Positions 1 through 9,609 of a stretch of 64,000 nt of DNA are shown here, one piece after another. The notes beneath the pieces were generated by a model. It saw nothing but the letters and a program-made list of their open reading frames with translations. It searched no databases and was not told the origin of the DNA. Both the position numbers and the translations under genes were made by a program. How positions within the stretch are numbered: position 1 is the stretch's first letter; the number at the start of each line of letters is the position of its first letter. The DNA is from Candidatus Aminicenantes bacterium (GTDB lineage: Bacteria; Acidobacteriota; Aminicenantia; Aminicenantales; Saccharicenantaceae): positions 45,559-109,558 of the forward strand of contig CAWDTC010000021.1 in assembly GCA_963805045.1 (NCBI GenBank). Reading direction: 5' to 3'.

Positions 1-2561
1 TCGAGGGCCTGGCCGTCGATCTTCTCGATGACGTGCCCGGCCCGGATCTTGAGGGACGGCCTTGTCGAGCGGGCCGCCGCTCAGGACCTCCGCGACCTTC
101 AGCCCGGGGCCGGCGAAATCGTAATCCAGGAACACGCCGAGCGAGGCCGTGGCGTCGCCCGAGGGCCCGCGCCGCCGGTAAAAGCGGCAGCCGGTATGGG
201 AGCCGTTGAGCTCGCCCAGCATCTCGCTGACCATCTCGGCGAAGTCGTAGTTGTTGTTGATGTAGGGCAGGAACTTGCTGGTAGACGCCGTAATAATAAT
301 CCCAGTCGGCGCCGAACAGGTCGGCGACCAGGAACTTCTGCTTGATCTGCGCGCCACATGTGGTCGAACATGTAGGCCTTCTCGGCCGGCCTGGTCGAGG
401 GCCATCTCGCCGCCGATGGCGACCGGCTCCGATCTTGCCGCTCTCGGGATCGACCTTGGTGACCTTGCCGTCGGCCAGCGACGAAGAGGGCCTTGCCGTC
501 GGCCGAAAGCTCCATGCCGCGCGTTCGGGCGCCCAGCTTGGCGAAGAGCTTGGTCTCCTTCGTCCGGAGCTCGGTCACCCACAGGTCGTAGCCCTTCTCG
601 AACCGGGCCAGGTAGAAGAGCTTGTCGCCGGTCTTGGTCAGGGCCATGTCGGCGATGTCGGCGGAGTTGATGGTCAGGCGGACCTTGCGGTCGGTCGAGG
701 CCCTCGAACTCGATGACGATGTCCTTTTTCGGCTCTTCCTTCTTCACCGCCGGCTTGCCCTTGGCCTCCTTGGCCGCGTCCTTGTCCGCCTTGTCCTTCT
801 CCTCCTTGGCCTTGTCCTCCTGCTCCTTGACGCAGGGCGTAGTCGACCTTGGACAGTCGGAACCGGTCGTAGGCCTCGCGGGTGAAGAACATGCCGTAGA
901 CGTCCATGGGTCACCGAGTTCCGCCGGCCAGGTTGACCGCGCCCTCGCGGGTGCGACCCGAAGTAGGTCATCGTCCCGTCCATGCCCCAGCGGCGGGTCG
1001 ATGTTGCCGAAGCCGCTCTGGGTCAGGTTGATGACCTTGCCCTTGCCGTCGCTCGAGACGAGGCCGACCTGCGGCGTGAACAGGCGCACGATAGCCGAAC
1101 TGGACGAGGAACCACTTGCCGTCCGGGCTCCAGCGGTAGTTCTGGTCGCCGTCGGAATAGGAATAGTTGCATTCGGCCGGCAGGATCGTCCGGGTCTGCT
1201 TCGTGGCCAGGTTGATGACCTTGAGGACGACCCGGTTCTCGAGGTAGGCGACCTCCTTGCCGTCGGGCGAGAAGGCCGGCTGGAACTCCTCGGCGGGCGT
1301 GGCCACGACCGGCTCCTCCTTGAGGACGGTCGAGGCGTAGAAATACGGCTCTTCCTTGCGCACGATCGAGGTCATGTAGACGTTCCAGTTGTTGTCCCGC
1401 TCGGCGGCGTAGACGAGGCTCCGGCCGTCGGGGCTGAAGCTCACGCTGCGCTCCTGCCAGGGGGTGTTGGTGATGCGCTTGGTGACGCCGCCCTCGACGC
1501 TGCCGACGAAGACCTCGCCGCGGAAGACGTAGGCGATCTCCTTGCCGTTCGGGGAAAGCCGCATCTCGGTGATGCCGCCCTGGACGGGCACGGTCCGCTG
1601 GAGGACCTGGCCGCCGTCCTCGGCGATCCGGACCTCGACCCTGCGCGGGGAGCGGCGCCGGCGGCCAGGGTGTAGATCTCGCCGTCATAGCCGAAGCACA
1701 GGACGCCGGTCGCGGAGCGCGTCAGGAAGCGGACGGGGTTCTTGGTGAACGAGGTCACGGCCGTCGACTGGTCCGGATGGCTCAGAGCGAGCTCCGGTAG
1801 ACGTTGAACGAGCCGCTCTGCTCGCTCAGGTAGTAGAAATCGTCGCCGTTCGCGTCGAAGACGGGGTTGCGGTCCTCGCCGGCGAAGGTCGTGAGCTGCG
1901 TGTTCTTTTTCGTCTTGAGGTCATAGACCCAGATGTCGCGGGTCACGGAGGAGGTGTGGTGCTTGCGCCAGTTGTCCTCGTAGCCCTTCTGGTCGTGGTA
2001 GATGATCTTGTCGCCGGCCGGGTTGACCGTGGCCGCGATGGCCGGCTGGGTCAGGACGAGCGCGGCTTCGCCGCCCTTGACGGGGACGCTGTAGAGCTCG
2101 GGGAAGACGCCCATGGGAAACTGGACGTTCGTCACCAGGTCCTGGTGGCTCGAGCTGAAGAGGATGCTCTTGTCGTCGGCCGTGAAGCTCGAGGGGATGT
2201 CGTCGGCCGAATGATAGGTCAGGCGCGTGGCCTCCCCGCCCGCGGCCGGCATGACGAAGACGTCGAAGTTGCCGTACCGGTCGGAGGCGAAGGCGACGAG
2301 CTTGCCGTCGTGGCTCCAGACCGGCGAATAGTCGTAGGCATCGCCGATGGTCAGCGGGACGGCCTGGCCGCCCGAGGCGGGGACGCGATAGATATGGCCC
2401 TTGTAGCAGAAGAGGATGGTCTGCCCGTCGGGGGAGATGGCCGGATAGCGGAGCCAGAGCGGCCGCTCCTGGGCCACGAGCGGGACGACGCTCCCCAGGC
2501 AGACGGCGAGAAGGAGAAGGGCAAGGACGGGTTTCGAGACGCGGGCGGCGAAAGACATCAT
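1..2561 (-). CDS. Tricorn-protease-like peptidase with a beta-propeller N-terminal half and a PDZ/S41-type C-terminal half. The C-terminus lies beyond the window start. The frame is broken at least 5 times.
   Basis: ORF pieces 1782-2561 (signal peptide; ISPDG/SHDG/SPDG propeller repeats), 1441-1758, 968-1591, 674-907 and 99-647, plus unlisted pieces at 1-345 (KFLPYINNNYDFAEMVSEMLGELNGSHTG; LKIRAGHVIEKIDGQAL), read as one protein when the frames are joined. Confidence 0.75.
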
Positions 2562-2659
2562 GGGTTCCTCCGGGGCGATGAAATGGGATCGTGCGCAGGC
2601 ATGCTGTTAGTATATACGCAACGAGGGGACTTTTCGTTGACAGGCCGACGGCCGATCTT

Positions 2660-4398
2660 CTAATCCGTCGGATCTCGCCGGGCGTCAGCACCGCCGGTCA
2701 CCGGCACGCTGTTCAGCGCGAAAATGTCCGCGCCGTCGAACACCCGGGGTTTCGGCGCGGGTCCGGGCGGAGCGGCTGCAGGAGCCGAACGCGAGCCCGT
2801 TCGCTTTAGTGCCACGCGGTACGCAAGGATAAAGTGCATCCGTCCATCGTCGACCCCCTGGGAGCCATTTCCGCCTGGCTTCCAGGCGGACGCGGTCCCG
2901 ACGAGCTCGTCCTCGGCCCATCGCAAGTCGAGGACGACGCTATGGGGAAGTCTCGCGGCATCCCCGTCGCCGAGAGGACCCGGGAAAGAGACGAGGAGCT
3001 GCCCGGGCGCGCGGGGAACGAACGCTGGCACCTCGCGCACGGGCCGTGACGGCGACGCCGGGTCGCCGACGCGGGCCGTTAGCTCCCCGGTGACCGACTT
3101 GACCAGGGTCAAAGTGACGGCATTGTCGAGCGTCCGGATCTCGCCCGAATATGTGCCGGCCGGAAGATCGAATGACGGAGGCGCCGGCGCCGCGCTCCGG
3201 TCAGCCACGGGGCTTTTCGGAGCCGCGTAGCCTGGGACCATGGCCCGGATCGTTTCTTCGGTCACCTCGTTGATGAACTCGGTGTCGTACACGTTCATGA
3301 GCACGGCGACCGCGATATCCTCGGACGGGATGAAGCTTCAGCATGGCGCTGGCGCCCGACCAGCCTCCCTCGTGCCAGACCGTCCGAACGCCGCCAGCGG
3401 TTCCTTCGAAGAACCAGCCCAGTCCATAGGATTCGTTTCCGCTGCCTTTATGCGCGGCGCCGTCCTTTTCCGTCTGCATTCGGTCGATCGTGCCATCGTC
3501 GAGGATCGGCCGCTGGTCCCCGAGGTGGTCCTTGAGATGGAACATCCCGAAGCGGACGAGGTCGTGAACGCTTGCATAGGCGTGTCGCGGCGCCCGGCGT
3601 GTCCGCACCAATGGAATGGGAGGCCCCTGCCTCGGTTGTCGTATGTCGACGGTGAGGTTCTTCTGCCGGTCCGGAGGTCCGGCTCGAACACCGTGCCGGC
3701 CATGCCAAGAGGGTTGAAGACCTCCTCGGTCATGAATGCGCCGAGGGATTTCCCGAGACCCGGGCGATGACGTCCCCGATCATGGCATACCCCAGGTTCG
3801 CGTAGACGAACTCCTCGCCGGGCGGCCGGACGATGATGGCGAAGCGCCGGATGGTCTCCTCGAGCGGCCGCGGCCTGTCGGGCTCGTCCGCATAGAAGTA
3901 GTTGAAATGCTGGGGGAGGCCCGCCGTGTGATGGAGGAGCCGCCGGAGGGTGACATCCTTGGCTAGCCCTTCGTATACGGTCAATTGGCCCGGGCCGATA
4001 TAGCGCTCGACCGGGGCGTCGAGGTCGACCTTTCCCACCCGCGCAAGGACAAGGAGCGCGGTCGCGGTCATCGCTTTCGTGACCGAGGCCAGGGAGTAGA
4101 CGGTGTTCGGCGAGGCCTTGACGTGCTTCTCGCGGTCCGCCCACCCGAAGGAGCGCTCCCAGATGACCCGGCCTTTCCGGGCGACGGCGATGGAGACGGA
4201 CGGGATCTTCCTTTGTTCAAGTCCGGACGAGATCAGTGCGCAGACCTTCGCGAATGACTCGTCGCCGGACAACCCGCCGAAGGCCGCGACCTGTTGTTGA
4301 GCACGGAGACCTCCGGGGGCGCGGCCGATGGCCGTTAGGAGGACGCTTGCCGAGAAAGAAATGGCCACGATCGTCAGGCCAAGGCTCGTCGGCTTCAT
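2660..4398 (-). CDS. Beta-lactamase-family serine hydrolase, secreted. Frame broken at least twice.
   Basis: Pieces 3730-4398 (signal peptide; SxxK motif as YSLASVTKAMTA), 3201-3611 and 2660-3304 are collinear on the minus strand. Confidence 0.75.
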
Positions 4399-4577
4399 TG
4401 GTCCACCTCGAAATGGGCACTCCGGCTATCATATTCGTATACGTAGGCGGGCCCATGATGGTTGACATGACAGGAGCCCGCCCGTGGCGTCCGCAGCGGA
4501 GGGGTCCGCACCGCCGGACGAACGGGGCGCCGCTGCGGGGGCCCAGGACGCGCCGGCCCGGGGCGGAAACCAACTCC

Positions 4578-5102
4578 TCAGTCTTGACGGGCCTTCTGCG
4601 GCGTTCCCGGAAGCGGGTTTTCGTTCCACATCTCCCAGACGCATTTCCACGCCCCGTCGGGCTGGCGGACGAAGGCCATCAGCCACTTGAGGTCGTACGG
4701 GATGGGCTTGCCCCCGCTCCTCGGGGTCGTGGCGCCCGTGTCGCGGCCTCGCGCCACGGCCAGATCGCCCGACACGCGGATGTCCTCGACGACGCTCGTC
4801 TCGACGTGCTCGATGTTCAACTTGTCGTCTCTTAGATACGATCGCAGGAGCGCATCCTTCCCTATGATGGCGGGGACCCCGGGCGCCATGAGGACCCCGT
4901 CTTCCGTGTAGAAAACGGACATCAGCCGGTCGAAGTCGCGGGCGTTGTAGAGCCGGGCCCATTCGTCGACGAGCGTCTTGACGGCGGCGACATCGGCCTC
5001 GACGGTCGGCTTGCCTCCCTCAGCCGGTTCCGGAACGTGGCTTCGGCAGGCGAAGGCGATACAGAGCAGAAGGCCCAGCGGAATGCAGAAAACGCGCTTC
5101 AT
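4578..5102 (-). CDS. SnoaL-like / DUF4440-type (NTF2 fold) lipoprotein
   Basis: Internal ATG of ORF 4578-5408 at 5102 is preceded by AGGAGGGGAG. The product starts MKRVFCIPLGLLLCIAFAC (lipobox), followed by VDEWARLYNARDFDRLMSVF, typical of the family. Confidence 0.6.
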   Translation of the reverse strand: MKRVFCIPLGLLLCIAFACRSHVPEPAEGGKPTVEADVAAVKTLVDEWARLYNARDFDRLMSVFYTEDGVLMAPGVPAIIGKDALLRSYLRDDKLNIEHVETSVVEDIRVSGDLAVARGRDTGATTPRSGGKPIPYDLKWLMAFVRQPDGAWKCVWEMWNENPLPGTPQKARQD

Positions 5103-5164
5103 CTTGCTCCCCTCCTGTCGGCGGCTATCGTTCCATCCCCGCCTCCCCGTTTTGAGATCAGCGG

Positions 5165-5455
5165 TCAACCGTCCGTTCGTTTCCTCAACTGCCGGGCCCA
5201 TAGCGTCAGCCAAAGAGCCACCAATGCCAGGAACCAAACCACGAACTTCAAGACCGCTATGGCCCAGAACCACACCGTCTGGACGAAAGACCAAGTCGTG
5301 CCCGGCCCCCACGAGGACAACACCCATGCGGGACGAGCGGACATGACCAGCGGGTACATGATCCACAGAATCAGAATGAACCCGACGTCGACCAGCAGGG
5401 CCCACCACGCCGCGACAGCCGCGGCCCTGACGCGCTTCTCAAAAACATCGTTCAT
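5165..5455 (-). CDS. Small integral membrane protein, hypothetical
   Basis: 96-aa ORF with three hydrophobic Trp-rich helices. It has a 4-nt overlap with the upstream gene's stop (operon-like). Confidence 0.45.
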   Translation of the reverse strand: MNDVFEKRVRAAAVAAWWALLVDVGFILILWIMYPLVMSARPAWVLSSWGPGTTWSFVQTVWFWAIAVLKFVVWFLALVALWLTLWARQLRKRTDG

Positions 5456-6009
5456 TGAGAGCCTCCTATCTCCGAGCCCTTGACTCCCTTGCCCTCAAAC
5501 GAAGTCTGCCAAGTCCCGTCCTTCTCATACTCGCACTTCACTGAAAGGGACTTCCCGCCGGCACCGAAGTTCCATGTGTTGCGCCATCTCTGGACTTTTC
5601 CGTCGGGAAAATGCGTCGAACCGTTCTCTATGCAGATTCTCTCACTTATGAATGTCGCCGTCGAAGTAAGCCAACTTCCATCGTCGTTATAGCCATGAGT
5701 GGCACAGGTCTTTTTGGCGGGGTCATATCCGGTAATGACCATGCTGTTTTGCTCGGTCCCTTGAGCTCTCCACGTGGTGAGGATTCGAAGGAAGAAGCCT
5801 CCCAGTATCCGTTGACCTTTGAGGGTCCAATAAACCTTAGCCGCAGACCCCGATAGCGTGTCCTTGCCTTCGCCTTGGATAATCCAGTCCCCGGCCCACG
5901 CGTCGAGGATCTTATACTCTGGACCCGGTTGGACAGCCCTGGTTTGAGCTTGGACGGTGATGCCCGAGACCAGAATGACCAGACAAATGGAAGAGCAATG
6001 AGCTCTCAT
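5452..6009 (-). CDS. Secreted hypothetical protein (DUF1579-like from memory)
   Basis: ORF 5452-6054. The likely start is MRAHCSSICLVILVSGITVQA (signal peptide). The body is a beta-rich W/G/T pattern. GC is visibly lower than the surroundings. Confidence 0.45.
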   Translation of the reverse strand: MRAHCSSICLVILVSGITVQAQTRAVQPGPEYKILDAWAGDWIIQGEGKDTLSGSAAKVYWTLKGQRILGGFFLRILTTWRAQGTEQNSMVITGYDPAKKTCATHGYNDDGSWLTSTATFISERICIENGSTHFPDGKVQRWRNTWNFGAGGKSLSVKCEYEKDGTWQTSFEGKGVKGSEIGGSQ

Positions 6010-6305
6010 GCCCCCTCCGATAATAGTGCAGTGACTCAACCTATAGCACCGCATCCGGGCAGAGTCAATTACGTCGTACCTGACCTGTCCTGGAATTCAG
6101 GAGGGGCTTCTGCCCCGAAATGCTCCTCAGAAATGTCCTAAGTGGTATTAATCTCCCCTACCCCTCTTAGGCAGCCAAGAGGGGTTCCGGATGAGGTTGG
6201 CATTTCAAGAAACAAAGTTGCCTTCACCCTTTGATTAAATCTTAACCCCCCTGCCCCCCTCTGTAATTAGGGGGGGGCTCGTGGAAGGCAACTTTGACAG
6301 TGGTC

Positions 6306-6382
6306 TGGCGGGGCCGACGAGACTCGAACTCGCGACCTCCGGCGTGACAGGCCGGCGTTCTAACCAGCTGAACTACGACCCC
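6306..6382 (-). tRNA. tRNA-Asp (anticodon GTC), CCA encoded
   Basis: The reverse complement folds as a cloverleaf: acceptor GGGGTCG/CGGCCCC, anticodon loop CTGTCAC, T arm GCGAG-TTCGAGT-CTCGT, 3' GCCA. Confidence 0.93.
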
Positions 6383-6398
6383 GCTCGAGGGCTGGCCT

Positions 6399-6427
6399 AT
6401 TATAGAGAATCGGCCCCGGACTTTCAA
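6399..6427 (-). promoter_or_regulatory. Sigma-70-type promoter for tRNA-Asp
   Basis: Minus strand reads TTGAAA, a 17-nt spacer, then TATAAT, ending about 16 nt upstream of the tRNA 5' end. Confidence 0.5.
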
Positions 6428-6468
6428 GCGCAGCGCCCCGGGCACCGCGTGCGTCGACGCCACCCGGC

Positions 6469-7446
6469 TCAATCCGCCGGGCAGGAATGGGTTTCGCAGC
6501 CCGGCTCGTCGGCGACCTCGGGCTGGAACGTCGTGTGGAGGATGCCGAACCGCTTGGAGACGGCTGCGTCCGCGTCCCGGATGACCCGTTGGACGTTGCA
6601 TTCCTTGGCGATCTTCAGGTGCGCGCTCAGCGAGACAAACCCCGAGGTGATGGTCCAGACATGGAGGTCGTGGACGCCGGCGACCCCGGGGACCCCGGCC
6701 AGGGCCCGCTCGACGGCCGCGACGTCCAGACCCGCCGGCGCCTGCTCCATGAAGATCCCGAAGGCCTCCCGGATGAGCCGCCAGGCCCCCCACAGGATGA
6801 GGACGCAGACGGCGACGCTGACGATGGGATCCCAGACCGAAGAGCCGGTGAGCTTGATAAGGAGGGCGGCGGCCAGCACGCCGACGCTGCCGAGGGCGTC
6901 GGCCACGACATGGAGGAAGGCGCCCCGGACGTTGAGGCTGTGCTCCCGGCCGCGGGCGAGGACGACCCCGACGATGATGTTGGCGGCCAGCCCGAGCGCC
7001 GCGACGGCCATCATCAGGCCGCTCCGGATTTCCGTCGGCGCGCGGAAGCGCCGGATGGCCTCGTACCCGATGACCCCGGCGACGGCCCACAGGGCGAGGC
7101 CGTTGAGGGAAGCGGCGAAGATCTCGAACCGGCGCCAGCCGAACGTCCTGCGGCTCGTCTTGGGGCGATCCGAGAGCCAGAAGGCGAACAGGCTCAGCCC
7201 GAGGGCGCCAACGTCGGTCAGCATGTGCCCGGCGTCGGCGAGGAGGGCCAGGCTCCCGCTGAGGAACCCGCCGGCCGCCTCGGCCAGCATCACGGCCGCG
7301 GTCACGGCCAGGGCGATCTTCAGGGGAGTCTTCTGCGCGCTCCGGTCGTGGGAAGGGCCGATCACGCTCACCGGGTCATTCGCCAAGTCGCTCTCCTCGA
7401 GGCCCGACGGCCTCGCGATAGAGGATAGCCCGGACCCCGGCGCCAA
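6469..7446 (-). CDS. czcD: Cation diffusion facilitator family Zn/Co/Cd efflux transporter
   Basis: Intact 325-aa ORF with six TM helices, LADAGHMLTD and HVVADALGSVGV motifs, and a C-terminal cytoplasmic domain ending in a His/Cys-rich tail. Confidence 0.9.
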   Translation of the reverse strand: MAPGSGLSSIARPSGLEESDLANDPVSVIGPSHDRSAQKTPLKIALAVTAAVMLAEAAGGFLSGSLALLADAGHMLTDVGALGLSLFAFWLSDRPKTSRRTFGWRRFEIFAASLNGLALWAVAGVIGYEAIRRFRAPTEIRSGLMMAVAALGLAANIIVGVVLARGREHSLNVRGAFLHVVADALGSVGVLAAALLIKLTGSSVWDPIVSVAVCVLILWGAWRLIREAFGIFMEQAPAGLDVAAVERALAGVPGVAGVHDLHVWTITSGFVSLSAHLKIAKECNVQRVIRDADAAVSKRFGILHTTFQPEVADEPGCETHSCPAD

Positions 7447-7576
7447 GTCAATTCGCGGCTCCGGAGCGGGGGGCCTCCGACCGCCGGGCTTCCCTGTTTG
7501 CCGCGCCTCCCCGGAAGGTTTATACTATCTACAGGGATTCGAACCAATCCATCATCCATATCAGGGGAGGCAAAAC

Positions 7577-7873
7577 GTGGCAAGTCTAACAAAAATGGAG
7601 AAATTCAGGGCCAAGATCGACATCGAGATGGACCATGTCAGGGCCCGGCTCATCGACCTCAGGGCCCAGGCCGGCAAGCTCGAGCTCAAGGCCCGGGAGG
7701 AGCTCGACAAGTCGCTCGACACCCTGGATAAGGCCCAGGGCGACCTCAAGGTCAAGCTCGACAATTGGACCAAGGCCGGGGCGGAATCGGGCAAGGAGCT
7801 GGCCAAGGGGATCAAGAGCTCGGCCAAGGAGCTCCGGAAGGGGATCAAGCAGGCCTATAAGAAGCTGCCCTGA
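7577..7873 (+). CDS. Small coiled-coil protein, hypothetical
   Basis: In-frame GTG at 7577 lies 6 nt after GGGGAGG; an alternative ATG is at 7595. The product is a K/E/L-rich heptad-like sequence. The rest of ORF 6281-7873 is antisense shadow of czcD. Confidence 0.5.
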   Translation: MASLTKMEKFRAKIDIEMDHVRARLIDLRAQAGKLELKAREELDKSLDTLDKAQGDLKVKLDNWTKAGAESGKELAKGIKSSAKELRKGIKQAYKKLP

Positions 7874-8031
7874 CGGCGGCTAACGGGCGCCCGCCGCATC
7901 CGGTCCAGAGTGAGAAAAACGGGCCGCGCGGGCGTCTCTTCCTGATGAGGTCCCAAAAACCGCATGGCGGCCTCAACCCGCCGGAGGTTCGGGGGCGGGG
8001 CACTCCCGGCCTCCGGCACCTTCACATCTTC

Positions 8032-8916
8032 TCCAGCGCCGCGATCCGCTCCTCGATGGGCGGGTGGGTGCTGAAGAGCCGGTTGACGGCGCCCCTTGAC
8101 GTTCTTGAGCGGGTTGACGATGTAGAGGTGCGCCGTGGCCTTGTTGGCCGCTTCGAGCGGCTCGGTGTCGGCGGAGATCTTGCGCAGGGCCGAGGCCAGG
8201 CCCGCCGGGTAGCGGGTCAGCATCGCTCCGCTCGCGTCGGCCAGGAACTCCCGCTTCCGCGAGACGGCGAGCTGGATGATGGTCGCGACGAGCGGCGAGA
8301 GGACGGCCAGGGCCAAGCCGACGAGGACGAGGATGCCGCCCGCGCCGCCGCGCCCGTCCCGGCCGCCGCGCCGCCGCCCCCCGCCCCAAAAGAAGCTCCG
8401 CAGCATCCAGTCGCTGAGGAGTGCGACGACGCCGGCCATGACCACGACGACCGTCTGGAGCCGGATGTCGTAGTTCTTGATGTGCGACATCTCGTGGGCC
8501 ACGACCCCTTCGAGCTCGGCCCGGTCGAGCTTCTGGAGGATGCCGGTCGTGACGCAGATCGCGGCGTTCTGCGGGTTGCGGCCGGTGGCGAAGGCGTTCG
8601 GCGCCGTGTCGTCGATGACATAGCAGCGGGGCGTCGGGACGCCCGCGGCGATGGCCAGCCCCTCGACGACGTTATAGAGGTAGGGGTACTCCTCCTTCGT
8701 CACGGGGCGGGCCTGGCTGATGGCCAGGACGACCTTGTCGCTCGAGTAGTAGCCGGCGGCGGCCATGGCCATGGAGACGACGACGGCCAGGACGAGGCCG
8801 CCTTTCCCCCACCCGGTCAGGTATTCGAAGAACCAGGTCAGGAGGAAGATGAAGGCCGTGAAGAACAGGACGAGAGCGGCCGACTTCCACTTGTTGCGCG
8901 AGATCTGCTCGTACAT
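8032..8916 (-). CDS. htpX: M48 zinc metalloprotease HtpX, with one frame break near 8092-8095
   Basis: HEMSHIKNYD (HExxH) and TM helices. Removing one C from the CCCC run at 8092-8095 restores the canonical C-terminus NRLFSTHPPIEERIAALEKM with a stop at 8032. Confidence 0.9.
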
Positions 8917-8972
8917 GGCGAAGAAGAAAGACGGGGACACGCACCCGGGCACGTGTCCCCCGATGCTCAGGC

Positions 8973-9527
8973 TTAGAAGCTCACCTTAACCGGGCCGCGG
9001 GCGACCTGTTCCTCGACCTGGAAGTAATCGCGGGGCTTGAAGTTGAACATGTTGGCGATGATGTTCGAGGGGAAGACCTGCTGGGCCATGTTGAACTTCA
9101 TGGCCGTGTCGTTGTAGAACTGCCGGGCGTAGGCGACCTTGCCCTCGGTCCCGGCCAGCTCCTCCTGGAGCATCAGGAAGTTCTGGTTGGCCTTGAGGTC
9201 GGGGTAGTTCTCGGCCACGGCGAAGAGGGACTTCAGGGCCCCGGAGAGGACGTTCTCCGCCTGGGACTGGTCCTTGACCGTCTGGGCGTTGACGGCCGCC
9301 GCCCGGGCCTCGGTCACGTTCTGGAAGACCGAGCTTTCGTGCTTGGCGTAGCCCTTGACCGTCTCGACGAGGTTCGGGATGAGGTCGTAGCGCCGCCGGA
9401 GCTGGACGTCGACCTGGGACCAGGCGTTGTCGCAGCGGTTGCGGTACGTCACCAGCCGGTTGTACATCCCGATGGCGATGAAGGCGACGACCACGATGAT
9501 GAGGAGAAGAAATGCGAGTGCACCCAT
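8973..9527 (-). CDS. lemA: LemA family protein
   Basis: Intact 184-aa ORF with an N-terminal TM helix, then [41 protein letters not shown], typical of LemA. It lies next to htpX, as is common. Confidence 0.88.
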   Translation of the reverse strand: MGALAFLLLIIVVVAFIAIGMYNRLVTYRNRCDNAWSQVDVQLRRRYDLIPNLVETVKGYAKHESSVFQNVTEARAAAVNAQTVKDQSQAENVLSGALKSLFAVAENYPDLKANQNFLMLQEELAGTEGKVAYARQFYNDTAMKFNMAQQVFPSNIIANMFNFKPRDYFQVEEQVARGPVKVSF

Positions 9528-9609
9528 GCGTCTCTCCTTAGGAAACCTTCGTTCCGACCTGAATCAACACTTAGGATAAGGGCGGGGGGCGCAAAAAGCA
9601 AGCTCTCGA

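Noticed and set aside
6281-7873. Very long ORFs antisense to annotated genes. Examples: 6281-7873(+), 13906-15366(-), 21878-23386(-), 27533-29185(-), 44266-47325(-, 1019 aa), 9703-11220(+), 11315-12871(+), 39144-40226(-).
   Set aside because: Their translations are Arg/Gly/Pro/Ala/Asp-rich with no motif content. Each lies opposite a gene with clear family signatures. Stop-free antisense frames are expected in DNA with GC this high.
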